This document shows, in pieces, positions 12,314 to 23,221 of a stretch of DNA of 64,000 nt. The DNA comes from Calditrichia bacterium (GTDB taxonomy: Bacteria; Calditrichota; Calditrichia; JAJRVZ01). Position 1 is the first letter of the stretch; each line of letters opens with the position of its first letter. The stretch is taken from the NCBI GenBank assembly GCA_963796965.1, contig CAWCNS010000016.1:290673-354672 (forward strand), given 5' to 3'. Below the pieces are notes generated by a model that made no database searches, was not told the DNA's origin, and saw only the letters and a program-made list of their open reading frames with translations. The translations under genes were made by a program, and so were the position numbers.

Positions 12314-12455
12314 TCTATTCATGTTTGCCTCATCCCCCTGCCACTATATATTTTAAATACCTTTATATTAGTCAATAACAATATTTATCGTATACTTTTT
12401 GATATTTTATTTATATAATATTATATTTGAGCAACTGTTCAAGTGAGGATGTGTT

Positions 12456-12821
12456 ATGATTCTTGAAAATAGTCATGCAGACAAAGATCATCTAACGAAT
12501 GCAGAACGTATTCAGCATGTGCAGGACCAGTTACCTGATAATAACAGGTTGGATGATATGGCACAACTCTTTAGCATGCTTGCTGATCCTACGCGTTTGA
12601 AAATCGTAATAGCACTCAAAATAGCGGAACTATGTGTACATGAAATATCCGAAACAATCAATTTATCGGTTTCAGCTGTTTCCCATCAGCTTCGTCTCCT
12701 AAAAACGGCAAAATTGGTAAGGAGCAGACGTGCAGGGAAAATGATTTACTATGCCCTAGATGATGAGCATATAAGCCAATTATTATTACTTGTAAATACA
12801 CATGTCAGAGAAAATAATTAA
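12456..12821 (+). CDS. ArsR/SmtB family metalloregulatory transcriptional repressor
   Basis: Winged-HTH core (LADPTRLKIVIAL ... ELCVHEISE ... SAVSHQLRLLK); sits directly upstream of a heavy-metal P-type ATPase. Confidence 0.8.
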   Translation: MILENSHADKDHLTNAERIQHVQDQLPDNNRLDDMAQLFSMLADPTRLKIVIALKIAELCVHEISETINLSVSAVSHQLRLLKTAKLVRSRRAGKMIYYALDDEHISQLLLLVNTHVRENN

Positions 12822-12839
12822 ACTGGGTTATTATTAAAA

Positions 12840-14927
12840 ATGAAAGTTACAAAGGAATATCGTATAGAGGGGATGGACTGTGCTGACTGTGCCCGGCATT
12901 TGCAAGAAGCCGTGAGTAAGGTAGATGGGATTGGGACAGTTACAGTTAATTTTGTCAGCGGTAAGATGAGTCTTACAACCACAGATCAGCCCCCTTCTGA
13001 CCAGAGAATATTTAATACTGTAAAAAAATCGGGTTATAGAGCATACTCAACTTCGACTTCTTCTGAAGGTATGCGACCCACTCGGTGGATTCTATTAGTA
13101 ATATCGGGTTTATTTTTGCTTAGTGGCCTAATTCTGGAATCTCTTTTCCTTTCTGAGGTCATGAGCAAACTGGCCCTTGCTTGCGGTATTCTTTTCGGAG
13201 GTATACCCATTGCAAAAAAAGCAGTATTGGAGGCCAGAAATCGAAGACCAGGAATGAACTTCCTGATGAGCATGGCAATCATTGGCGCCATATTTATCGG
13301 AGAATGGCTGGAAGCCGGTACGGTGGTTTTTTTATTTGCCCTGGCTCAGTTCCTTGAGGCGCGCAGTATGGAAAAAGCCCGAAGATCAGTTAACAGATTG
13401 ATGGATGAAACGCCAAAGACGGCACACCTGATCTATGGGAAAGAGACTAAGGATATTCCTATTGAGGAAATAAAACCCGGAGATCATGTTGCGATCAAGC
13501 CAGGAGAAAAAATCCCGGCGGATGGAATTATTGTTGAAGGAGCATCTTTTATAGATCAGGCCACAATTACGGGTGAGAGTTTGCCGGTTCAAAGAAACAA
13601 AGGTGAAAAGGTATATGCAGGTACGCTTAATAAGGATGGATATCTGGAAATCGAGGTAAATCGTTCATATGATGATTCCACTTTTTCACGAATTATACAT
13701 TTAGTTGTGGAAGCCCAAACAAAAAAGGCTGAAAAGCAGATATTTATAGATAGATTTGCTGAATATTATACACCCGGCGTATTTCTGATGGCAGTATCGG
13801 TCGCAATAATCCCACCGTTACTATTTGATCTCCAGTGGGAAGTGTGGTTCTATCGTGCATTGGTTATGCTGGTCATTGCCTGTCCCTGTGCATTGGTAAT
13901 TTCCACACCTGTTACCATTATATCCGGTCTGACGGCGGCAATCAGACGGGGTGTGTTGATTAAAGGCGGTGTATTTCTCGAAAATTTCTCACGCATTAAA
14001 GCAATAGCTTTTGATAAAACCGGAACTTTGACAGAGGGGCGACCGGTGGTGCATGAAGTTATTGCTATAAATAACCAGGAGCGTGACGACTTGCTGGCCA
14101 TTGCAGGATCGCTGGAAGAAAAATCACAACATCCTATTGCTGAAGCAGTGGTTACTTTTGTGGAACAAGAGGGCATAAAGTTTCAGGAAGTAAGTAATTT
14201 TAGATCGTTAGATGGGAAGGGTGTTGAGGGAATAATTAATGGAAAATCCTATTTGCTAGGTAACCATAGATTGTTTGAGGAAAAGGGATGGTGTGATGAA
14301 AATATGCACCACAGGTTAGAAAAAGTAGAAGATGAGAGTCATACGGCAGTACTGGTCGGAAATGAACATTCAGTTATGGGTATCTTGTCTATAACTGATG
14401 CCTTGCGTCCTCAAAGCAAGATTACGGTCAGCAATCTTATCAGGAAGGGTGTTGATAAGATTATTATATTAACCGGTGACAATCACCGAACAGCTGAGAA
14501 AATTGCGCGATCAGTCGGAATATCCGATTATTATGCCGAACTTTTACCAGAAGATAAGGTCCGGGTGATCCAGGAACTTCATGGGAAATATGAGCAGGTG
14601 GCCATGGTCGGTGATGGCGTTAATGATGCCCCATCATTAGCTGCTGCTGATATTGGCATTGCCTTAGGATCCGGAAGTGCTGATGCGGCTTTAGAAACAG
14701 CAGATATTGTTTTAATGAAGGATGATTTGAGTAAACTCGAATACGTAATGGACCTAAGTCATAAAACGATGAGCATTATTAAACAAAATATATTCATCGC
14801 ACTTGGATTGAAATTCATATTTCTTGCCCTTGCTCTTCTGGGCCTGGCCACACTTTGGATGGCTGTCTTTGCAGATATGGGAGCCAGTCTCATTGTTATT
14901 TTTAATGGTATGCGCACACTGCGCTAG
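12840..14927 (+). CDS. Heavy-metal translocating P1B-type ATPase (Cd/Zn/Pb-type)
   Basis: N-terminal HMA domain GMDCADCA, membrane CPC motif, phosphorylation site DKTGTLT, hinge GDGVNDAP. Confidence 0.9.
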   Translation: MKVTKEYRIEGMDCADCARHLQEAVSKVDGIGTVTVNFVSGKMSLTTTDQPPSDQRIFNTVKKSGYRAYSTSTSSEGMRPTRWILLVISGLFLLSGLILESLFLSEVMSKLALACGILFGGIPIAKKAVLEARNRRPGMNFLMSMAIIGAIFIGEWLEAGTVVFLFALAQFLEARSMEKARRSVNRLMDETPKTAHLIYGKETKDIPIEEIKPGDHVAIKPGEKIPADGIIVEGASFIDQATITGESLPVQRNKGEKVYAGTLNKDGYLEIEVNRSYDDSTFSRIIHLVVEAQTKKAEKQIFIDRFAEYYTPGVFLMAVSVAIIPPLLFDLQWEVWFYRALVMLVIACPCALVISTPVTIISGLTAAIRRGVLIKGGVFLENFSRIKAIAFDKTGTLTEGRPVVHEVIAINNQERDDLLAIAGSLEEKSQHPIAEAVVTFVEQEGIKFQEVSNFRSLDGKGVEGIINGKSYLLGNHRLFEEKGWCDENMHHRLEKVEDESHTAVLVGNEHSVMGILSITDALRPQSKITVSNLIRKGVDKIIILTGDNHRTAEKIARSVGISDYYAELLPEDKVRVIQELHGKYEQVAMVGDGVNDAPSLAAADIGIALGSGSADAALETADIVLMKDDLSKLEYVMDLSHKTMSIIKQNIFIALGLKFIFLALALLGLATLWMAVFADMGASLIVIFNGMRTLR

Positions 14928-15117
14928 TCTTCTATCGGCCAATAAATCTGAGAATTATTGTGCGTATAAGATTTCTATTTGAAAACAATTTTACCCGCAA
15001 GACTATCCAGGCTTTTAAATTATTTCTATTCCGAAAATTAATATAATCTCACTGAAAACATAAATATTCTTTCCTGCCTGCCGATAATAACTCTAATCTA
15101 TCATATTATAATCGGCC

Positions 15118-18100
15118 ATGACAAAATCTAAAACACCATATTTTAAATGTCTCAGTATGAATACAATCATGTTTACCCTAATGCTGATTCATATGATCTC
15201 CACAATAGCTAGTGCACAGCGATATCCTTTCCGGACGTATAATGTTGCGGAGGGCATTTCCCAGTCCCAGATCAATGATATCATCCAGGATTATGATGGA
15301 TATCTCTGGTTTGCATCAGCAGAGGGATTAACACGTTTTAACGGTCATGAATTTAAAACATTTGGCAAATCAGATGGGTTAGCCGGCTCATTGATAAATA
15401 AAATTTTGCTGGACAGTGAGGGCAATATGTGGCTGGGATACCGTGATAAAGGTGTCTCAAAGTATCTTGTTAAAGAAAAAATATATATACCGGTCTTCCT
15501 TCCTGCAGGTCTTGAGACAGCGGATATTGTAGACATTATAGAGACTGTTGATGGATCATTATTATTTGCCACAGATGATGATGGCGTGTTGATATACCAT
15601 GAAGGGATATGGAAATTAATAGATGATGATGAGGGCCTCCCGTCGAATAAAGTTTTTTCATTATGCTCTGTCAACGATAAAATCTGGATAGGAACCGCGA
15701 GAGGTCTTTGCATATTAAGCGGGGATCAATTTGAAGTTGACACAACGTCATATAAAAGTAACTTTACCCGCTTTGCAGATGAGGAAATTTCTGCATTGAT
15801 GTGTGATCATGAAGAAAATATTTGGATAAGTACAGCAGGATCGGGAATTTTCCGCTTCATCCCCAATTCCGAGACGAATGGAGAGGATACATTATTAAAT
15901 GTATCTGAATTACTAAACCTTCCTCAAATATTCCCCCAATGTATTATTGAGGATCAGGAGCAGAACATTTGGGTCGGGACAAAAGAAAAGGGTGTTATCA
16001 GGTTTGGTAGTGATATTTTTGGTAAAGATTCAGTATTTGTGATCATTAATAAACAAAATGGGCTCGACCGTGTGGATATCTCAACCATATTTCAGGATAG
16101 TGAAGGTTCGTTCTGGTTTGGATCTAATGGAGGAGGTGTATATCAGTATAGGGGAAATTGTTTTGAAAAGTACGGTGAAATGGAAGGATTACTCGACGAT
16201 GTTATTTGGGCAATATTTGAAGACCAACAAGGTGGATTTTGGTTCGGTTCTGAAAATGGACTGACCCATGTTAAGAATGGGGAAGATTGGCAAGATTTTT
16301 ATTATTTCTCATCAGATCAGTGGCAGGGTAGTAGAAGTATTCTGGATATTGATGCGGATTTAAATGGAAATCTTTGGTTGGTTGTGCATAATTCGGGTAT
16401 ACGCGTATTAAATTCAAGGACCAAATTGTTCAGTAAAGTACCGGAGTTGGAAGATAAAAAGGTTATCTGTATTGAAAGAGGAAATGCTAACGATTTCTGG
16501 TTCGGCACTTTTGACAATGGCACTTTCTACATGGATCTTGATTCAGGAATTGTGATTAATTATAAAGCTGATGATGGATTGGCGAGCAATACTGTTTACG
16601 ATATTATCAAATCATCAAAAGGGGACATATGGTTTGCAACAAATAATGCCGGTATAACGAAATACGATGGATCAAAATTTATTAATTATGGTAGGAGTTC
16701 CACATTTGAAAATAGTTCTGTCCTTACCCTGGCCGAAAATTCCAAAGGGGATATCTGGATTGGTACAGAGGGTGAAGGCCTGTTCCGGTTTGATGGACAG
16801 AAATTTGAGAGTTATTCTCAAAAGTATGGCTTGTGGAAGGACGATATCTATTCTGTAGTTTGCGATGATCAGGACAATGTATTTATTGGTACGCGAAGAG
16901 GAATCGAAAAATTTAGTCCAAGTGATAGTCTGACAAAGAAATTCGGAAAAGTTGAAGGTTTTTCAGCAGTTGAGACCAATCAAAACTCAGTGTATAAAGA
17001 TGCTGCGGGTCGCCTCTGGTTCGGTACTATTCAGGGTGCGATAAGATATAATCCGGCAAGTGAGCGGCGAAATAATGTACCGCCCAAAACATATATCGAT
17101 AATGTCCGTGTATTTCTACAGGATCAGCCTTTACCTGTTGACAGTTCATATGTGCATACCGATAATCATTTAACATTCAATTATACAGGTCTTAGTTTTG
17201 TAGCCCCGGAAGATATAAAATACAGCTATTTACTGGAAGGTTTGGATCGCGATTGGTCCCCCTTGTCTTCAGAGCGGTACGCTACCTATGCAAATCTATC
17301 ACCTGGTGAGTATACGTTTAAAGTAAAATCCATTAATAGTGAGTCCATCTGGAGTAAGGAACCCGCGTCTTATAAATTTTCAATAAGGACACCTTTTTGG
17401 CAAAAGAGCTGGTTCTATGTGCTTTTAGTTTTTAGCATAGGTGCGATAATTTATGGATCCCATCGATATCATGTTCGCAAGATTTACAAGAACAATTTGC
17501 TCTTAGAAAAGATGGTTCATTCACGGACCAGTGATCTGGTTACAGAGAAGGAAAAAGCCCAGGAAGCTTTTAATGCACTCAGGGAAAGTGAACAAAAGTT
17601 AAAACAGGTGACGGAAAGCATAAATGCTTATCTTTGGAGTTTGAATATTGATGATTCAGGCAACCTGGAGAATACATTCATTACAGATACCTTTTTTAAG
17701 ATTGTTGGTTATGATCGTCATGAATTCCCACAAGCAAAAAATAAAATGGAAAGGTTTTTGAAAATTGTCCACGAGGATGACAGACAGTATATTAGGGAAT
17801 CATTTATACGGGCAAAAAAAGGTGAGACAATTAACCTGAATTATCGAATCGTTAGCAAAGAACAAGAATACCACTGGCATTATATTCATGCTTTTCCGAT
17901 AGAAGACGTCCAGGGGAAAGTTAATCTTATCCATGGTGTGGGATTTGATATTACGAACCGTAAACTGGCCGAAGAAGCATTGCGTAAAAGCGAAGAAAAA
18001 TATGCAACATTTTTGCGCTATAGTACAGAAGCCATCTGGTGTGTTGATCTTAAAGAGCCAATTCCGGTAACATTACCCGTCGAAGATCAAATTGAGCGAA

Positions 18101-19920
18101 TTCTCCACGATGCTTACCTTTCCGATTGTAACGATGCGATGGCCAATTTGTATGGATATAATTTAGCCATTGAGATCATTGGATTACCTCTTAGTGCCGG
18201 GTTGTTAAGGGATGTGCCGGAAAATAGACAATACCTCCATCAATTCATTGAATCCGGTTATCGTTTAAGAAATGCAGAATTTAAAGAGCTCGATAATTCG
18301 GGAAACGTAAAGATTATGTTAGTTGGTTTTGTTGGGATTCTAGAAAAGGGTCATTTGGTAAGGGCCTGGGGAATGCAGCGTGATATTACCGAACAAAGAC
18401 GTGCTGAAGAAGCGCTGAGAGAAAGTGAGGAGATGTACCGCAGGCTCATCGAGCGTTCACCTGATACAATTATTGTACACAGTGAAGGAAAAATTGATTA
18501 TATCAATTCGGCAGGAGTAAAACTTTATGGGGGAAAGCATGTATCAGATTTCCTGGGGCATAAGTTGAAAGAATTCTCTCATTCTGATTTTTGGGAGTTA
18601 GGGCAGATGCGAATTCAGCAAATATATCAGGAAAAAAGAGAAGTTAGCCTGATGGAACAAAAAATGGTTCGTCTTGATGGTACTGAATTTGACGTAGAGG
18701 TTATGGGCGCACCAATAATTTATAATGGCAGGGCCAGTGGACAATCAATTGTACGTGACATCACTGAACGCAAAAAAATGGAAGCAGAAATACAAAAAGG
18801 TCAAAAACTGGATTCGGTAGGAATTCTGGCAGGAGGTATTGCTCACGATTTTAATAATATTCTTACAGCAATTTTAGGAAATATATCTCTTGGGAAAATG
18901 TATACAGAGTCCCATGGAGAAGCGAATGCCGTATTAAGTGAAGCTGAGAGGGCAACTCTGCGAGCCAAAGATCTAACGCAACAATTGCTTACTTTTTCTA
19001 AGGGTGGGGCACCGGTAAAAGAAACCACATCAATATATGAGATTATAAAAGATTCTACAAATTTTGTACTACGCGGATCAAATATTGATGCTGACTATGA
19101 GTGTCCTTCAAATTTATGGTCTGTGGATGTAGATGCTGCCCAAATTAGTCAGGTCATACAAAACCTGATTATTAACGCCGAACAAGCTATGCCAGATGGT
19201 AAGAGAATATTAATTAGACTAGAAAATAAAGAGCTGAAAAAACCAATCTTTCCAAACATGCAACCGGGAAAATTTGTTGAGGTCAGAATAATAGATAAGG
19301 GGATTGGAATATCTGATGAACATCTGAGCAAAATATTTGATCCTTATTTTACAACGAAGCAAAAAGGTAGTGGTCTTGGTTTGGCCACCTCGTATTCCAT
19401 AATCATCCGTCATGGTGGCCATATCAATATTACCTCTCAAATGGGGAAGGGAACAGAGGTCCTCATATATATTCCGGCTTCAGATAAACAGGTGCCTGAG
19501 AAAAAAATTGATGAAGATAAGATCCTTTCAGGCAATGGGCGAATACTTGTAATGGATGATGAGAGGTTGTTGCTCCAACTGTCAGAACAGTTTCTCAGCC
19601 ATCTTGGATATCAGGTGACTACTGTAACCGACGGCGAAAATGCCATAAAAGAATATAGGAGAGCGAGTCAGGAAGGTTCACCATTTTCATTGGTGATTAT
19701 GGATTTAACGATACCGGGAGGAATGGGAGGTAAGGAAACCATCAAGGAATTAAGGAAAATTGATCCTAATGTAAGGGCAGTTGTTTCAAGTGGTTATTCA
19801 AATGATCCGGTGATGGCAAACTATATGGAATTTGGATTTCAGGCAGTTTTGACCAAACCCTACAAAATTGAAACCATGAGTTCTGTAATCGCTGAGGTTG
19901 TAAATGAGCATTCAGCATAA
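15118..19920 (+). CDS. Hybrid sensor histidine kinase/response regulator with periplasmic two-component-regulator propeller and Y_Y_Y domains
   Basis: Intact 1600-aa ORF: signal/TM start, repeated propeller-type repeats, TM helix, PAS-like regions, HisKA H-box (IAHDFNNIL), HATPase_c (GSGLGL), C-terminal receiver (LVIMDLTIPG). Confidence 0.85.
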   Translation: MTKSKTPYFKCLSMNTIMFTLMLIHMISTIASAQRYPFRTYNVAEGISQSQINDIIQDYDGYLWFASAEGLTRFNGHEFKTFGKSDGLAGSLINKILLDSEGNMWLGYRDKGVSKYLVKEKIYIPVFLPAGLETADIVDIIETVDGSLLFATDDDGVLIYHEGIWKLIDDDEGLPSNKVFSLCSVNDKIWIGTARGLCILSGDQFEVDTTSYKSNFTRFADEEISALMCDHEENIWISTAGSGIFRFIPNSETNGEDTLLNVSELLNLPQIFPQCIIEDQEQNIWVGTKEKGVIRFGSDIFGKDSVFVIINKQNGLDRVDISTIFQDSEGSFWFGSNGGGVYQYRGNCFEKYGEMEGLLDDVIWAIFEDQQGGFWFGSENGLTHVKNGEDWQDFYYFSSDQWQGSRSILDIDADLNGNLWLVVHNSGIRVLNSRTKLFSKVPELEDKKVICIERGNANDFWFGTFDNGTFYMDLDSGIVINYKADDGLASNTVYDIIKSSKGDIWFATNNAGITKYDGSKFINYGRSSTFENSSVLTLAENSKGDIWIGTEGEGLFRFDGQKFESYSQKYGLWKDDIYSVVCDDQDNVFIGTRRGIEKFSPSDSLTKKFGKVEGFSAVETNQNSVYKDAAGRLWFGTIQGAIRYNPASERRNNVPPKTYIDNVRVFLQDQPLPVDSSYVHTDNHLTFNYTGLSFVAPEDIKYSYLLEGLDRDWSPLSSERYATYANLSPGEYTFKVKSINSESIWSKEPASYKFSIRTPFWQKSWFYVLLVFSIGAIIYGSHRYHVRKIYKNNLLLEKMVHSRTSDLVTEKEKAQEAFNALRESEQKLKQVTESINAYLWSLNIDDSGNLENTFITDTFFKIVGYDRHEFPQAKNKMERFLKIVHEDDRQYIRESFIRAKKGETINLNYRIVSKEQEYHWHYIHAFPIEDVQGKVNLIHGVGFDITNRKLAEEALRKSEEKYATFLRYSTEAIWCVDLKEPIPVTLPVEDQIERILHDAYLSDCNDAMANLYGYNLAIEIIGLPLSAGLLRDVPENRQYLHQFIESGYRLRNAEFKELDNSGNVKIMLVGFVGILEKGHLVRAWGMQRDITEQRRAEEALRESEEMYRRLIERSPDTIIVHSEGKIDYINSAGVKLYGGKHVSDFLGHKLKEFSHSDFWELGQMRIQQIYQEKREVSLMEQKMVRLDGTEFDVEVMGAPIIYNGRASGQSIVRDITERKKMEAEIQKGQKLDSVGILAGGIAHDFNNILTAILGNISLGKMYTESHGEANAVLSEAERATLRAKDLTQQLLTFSKGGAPVKETTSIYEIIKDSTNFVLRGSNIDADYECPSNLWSVDVDAAQISQVIQNLIINAEQAMPDGKRILIRLENKELKKPIFPNMQPGKFVEVRIIDKGIGISDEHLSKIFDPYFTTKQKGSGLGLATSYSIIIRHGGHINITSQMGKGTEVLIYIPASDKQVPEKKIDEDKILSGNGRILVMDDERLLLQLSEQFLSHLGYQVTTVTDGENAIKEYRRASQEGSPFSLVIMDLTIPGGMGGKETIKELRKIDPNVRAVVSSGYSNDPVMANYMEFGFQAVLTKPYKIETMSSVIAEVVNEHSA

Positions 19921-20079
19921 TTCACTAATATATATCTTTTTGTCCTAAAATCTACCAAGAAACTCCGATAATTTTCAAAATCTAACCTTACTTTTGCTTG
20001 AAAAGAAAATAGTATTTTCTTACCTTAAAATCTTTGCTTTAATGACAATAAATCAATTATTGTGTTCTAAGGAGGAGAA

Positions 20080-22167
20080 TTGAAAAATTATAAAACAGAT
20101 CAATTAAGAAATGTAGCCTTAGGGGCACATGGCGGTGCGGGTAAAACCACTCTGGCTGAGGCAATGCTTTTTAATATGGGTGAAATTAGCCGGATTGGTT
20201 CTATTGAGCAAGGTACGACTACTTCTGATTATGATCAGGATGAGATGGAACGTCAAATATCCATTAATACATCGATGTTACATGGTGAATGGAATGATCA
20301 CAAATTGAATATTATTGACACCCCTGGATATCCTGATTTCTTTGGTGAAGTAGTTGGTGCTTTTCGAGCAGTAGAAAGTGTTATGATAGTTATTTCAGCA
20401 ACTGGAGGGGTCGAGGTTGGGACAGAACTTATCTGGGAGGAAGCGAAAAAACTTGGTTTACCGCGAATAATGGTAATTAATAAACTGGATAAGGAGAATC
20501 TTGATTATGATAGTGTCTTGACATCTCTTCAGGAGAGTTTTGGGCATCAGGTTGTGAGTGCGCAATTTCCTGTTAATGTTGGACCTGGTTTTAACAGTAT
20601 TGTAGATCTTATTCGCATGAAGTTAATGAAATTCAACACAGACGGCAGCGGCAAATATTCTGAAGAAGCAATACCTGACGATTTGAAGGTAAAAGCGGAT
20701 GATCTTCATCTGAAACTGATCGAAGCAGTTGCAGAGAGTGATGATTCATTAATGGAAAAATATTTTGAAGCAGGTGAATTAACCGAAGATGAATTCAGGG
20801 CTGGTTTGCGGAAAGCAATTCTGGCTAATGAGGTCTATCCGGTTTTTTGTACATCAGCAACTGATAATATTGGTGTTCGCAGGTTAAATGATGTTATTGC
20901 CAACTTTGCTCCCGCTCCCTGTGACATTAAAACAATTCCTGCATTAGATAGCAATGATAAAGATGTCGAAATCTCCTGTGAAATTACCGGATCTGCATCG
21001 GCCATGGTATTTAAAACTATTTCTGAGGATCATGTCGGTGAATTATCTTATCTAAAGGTGTTTTCTGGAGCGGTAAAGGCTGGCGATGATATGCAAAACA
21101 GCACGCAAAGTAAATCTGAACGAATCGGGCAGATGTTTGTCCTGAATGGTCGAAATAAAAGCAGTGTGGATCGCCTTGTTGCTGGTGATATCGGAGCTGT
21201 GGTCAAATTAAAGTCTACCCATACGGGTGATACGCTATGTGATAAAAGCAAGATTATCAAATTTCCAAAGATCGCTTTTCCTAAACCCAGGATCCGGACG
21301 GCCATCTTGCCAAAAGCAAAGGGGGACGAAGATAAAATTAGTGTTGGATTACATACATTACATGAAGAAGATCCAACCTTTGTTTCACAATTTGATCCGG
21401 AATTAAAACAAACAATAATTGCTGGTCAGGGAGAGATGCATCTGGCTATCATATTAAAACGGTTGCATAAAAAATACCATGTGGAAGTATTGGAGGAACC
21501 GCCAAAAATTCCATATCGTGAAACCATTAAAAGCAAGGCAGAAGCGCAAGGAAAGTACAAAAAACAATCGGGTGGACGTGGTCAGTACGGTGACTGCCAT
21601 TTACGGTTGGAGAAAAAGTCAAGGGGAGACGGTTTTGAATTTGTGGATGCTGTTGTAGGAGGAGTTATTCCTGGAAAATTTATCCCTGCTGTTGAAAAAG
21701 GTGTAGTGGAGCGAATGGATAAGGGCGTTATTGCAGGATTTCCAGTAGTTGATGTAAAAGTAACATGCTTTGACGGCAGCTATCATAATGTCGATTCCTC
21801 TGAAATGGCTTTTAAAGTGGCTGCCTCAATGGGTTTTCAAAAAGCCTTTATGGCTGCAAAACCTGTTCTTATGGAGCCTGTATATGATGTGACAATCAAA
21901 GTACCCGATGAGTTTATGGGCGATGTGATGGGAGATGTTTCCGGGCGACGTGGAAAGATTATGGGAGTGGACTCAGATGGAAAATTTCAGGTGATCAGAG
22001 CTAAAATTCCTCTGGCAGAATTATATAAATATTCAACTTCTTTACGATCGATGACTTCGGGGCGGGGAATTCATAACCGTGAGTTCTCTCATTATGAAGA
22101 TGTCCCTTCTGATGTGGCGGAAAAGATAATAGAGCAAGTGAAGAAAGAAAAGGAAGAAGAAGCCTAA
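20080..22167 (+). CDS. Elongation factor G family translational GTPase (EF-G paralog)
   Basis: G-domain motifs AHGGAGKTT, DTPGYPDF, NKLD plus EF-G domains II-V; TTG start preceded by GGAGGAG RBS; not adjacent to rpsL/rpsG, so likely a second EF-G copy. Confidence 0.85.
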   Translation: MKNYKTDQLRNVALGAHGGAGKTTLAEAMLFNMGEISRIGSIEQGTTTSDYDQDEMERQISINTSMLHGEWNDHKLNIIDTPGYPDFFGEVVGAFRAVESVMIVISATGGVEVGTELIWEEAKKLGLPRIMVINKLDKENLDYDSVLTSLQESFGHQVVSAQFPVNVGPGFNSIVDLIRMKLMKFNTDGSGKYSEEAIPDDLKVKADDLHLKLIEAVAESDDSLMEKYFEAGELTEDEFRAGLRKAILANEVYPVFCTSATDNIGVRRLNDVIANFAPAPCDIKTIPALDSNDKDVEISCEITGSASAMVFKTISEDHVGELSYLKVFSGAVKAGDDMQNSTQSKSERIGQMFVLNGRNKSSVDRLVAGDIGAVVKLKSTHTGDTLCDKSKIIKFPKIAFPKPRIRTAILPKAKGDEDKISVGLHTLHEEDPTFVSQFDPELKQTIIAGQGEMHLAIILKRLHKKYHVEVLEEPPKIPYRETIKSKAEAQGKYKKQSGGRGQYGDCHLRLEKKSRGDGFEFVDAVVGGVIPGKFIPAVEKGVVERMDKGVIAGFPVVDVKVTCFDGSYHNVDSSEMAFKVAASMGFQKAFMAAKPVLMEPVYDVTIKVPDEFMGDVMGDVSGRRGKIMGVDSDGKFQVIRAKIPLAELYKYSTSLRSMTSGRGIHNREFSHYEDVPSDVAEKIIEQVKKEKEEEA

Positions 22168-22265
22168 TAAATAGCTTATATCTCTATTTTATCTGCTAAG
22201 GAATAGTCGATCTTACAATAGTAACGACGCGATTAAGAGAAGAGGCTGTGCAAAAAAGAATTTTG

Positions 22266-22327
22266 ACCACGGAAATACCCCCGTTCTACGGGGGGTAATT
22301 CCGTGGTTGATTTTTTATTTTCACTCA
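22266..22327 (+). terminator. Rho-independent terminator downstream of the EF-G paralog
   Basis: Perfect 9-bp stem ACCACGGAA / TTCCGTGGT enclosing a GC-rich inner stem, followed by TTTTTT. Confidence 0.55.
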
Positions 22328-22508
22328 ACCTCTAAATCGCGTTGTTACATAATTCTGATTGCAAATTTGCTGTTCCAGTATCTTTTCCAATCATATAACG
22401 TGTATCCACAAAAACTGGAATGGTAAAGCACTTCTCTTATTTCATCTTGACCAAATAGATTTATTAGAAATTTATGTTATTTAACCATGGATTGAGTGGA
22501 AAAGAAGA

Positions 22509-23006
22509 ATGCATATGAAAAGATTATGGGCCCCGTGGCGCCTCGAGTATATAAAGAATGCACAAGATAATGGGGAAGGTTGTATATTCTGCCTCAAACC
22601 CGGTGAGTCCAGGGATAAGGAAAACCTCATTGTTTATCGTTCCCACCACTGTTTTGTAATAATGAATAAATATCCTTATAACAATGGGCATATCATGGTT
22701 GTACCTTATCTCCACGAGTCTGATTTTACCAGTTTCTCAGATGAGATCCTGCTCAATATCCAGCACATCATTCAATTATCTGTAAAAGCACTTCAAAATT
22801 CAATGAATCCACATGGTATTAATGTCGGTATTAATCTTGGTAGGAGCGCCGGTGCGGGAATAGTTGATCATCTACATTACCATCTTGTACCACGCTGGGA
22901 TGGCGATACCAATTTTATGCCAGTCCTGACCGGAACGAAAGTTATTTCTGAAGGTTTGACCGAATCGTGGGAAAAACTGCAAAAGGCATTCAGAGAAATT
23001 TCTTGA
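22509..23006 (+). CDS. HIT family hydrolase
   Basis: Histidine triad region HLHYHLVPR and conserved upstream CxxC/HCFVIMNKYP segment. Confidence 0.75.
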   Translation: MHMKRLWAPWRLEYIKNAQDNGEGCIFCLKPGESRDKENLIVYRSHHCFVIMNKYPYNNGHIMVVPYLHESDFTSFSDEILLNIQHIIQLSVKALQNSMNPHGINVGINLGRSAGAGIVDHLHYHLVPRWDGDTNFMPVLTGTKVISEGLTESWEKLQKAFREIS

Positions 23007-23221
23007 ATCTGTAGAATTCTTCGAGGCTTTGCCTTTGGGTTTACTATTTCTCCCTATCCTTTAGGAGAGGGTTGGGTAGAGGTAAATAGATGAAATTTTG
23101 TTTTTCGATATTTGTGTCGAAATATAACTGGCGAAATACTACAATAGGCATCAGGTATGGTCAGTTTTAAAGAATTTCTTTATTCAAATTGACCTGATAG
23201 TTATTTCAATAATTTAAACAT

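Noticed and set aside
12227-12418. Track ORF of 63 aa downstream of ahcY
   Set aside because: Spans the predicted ahcY terminator hairpin and an AT-rich spacer; hydrophobic low-complexity translation with no start-site support.
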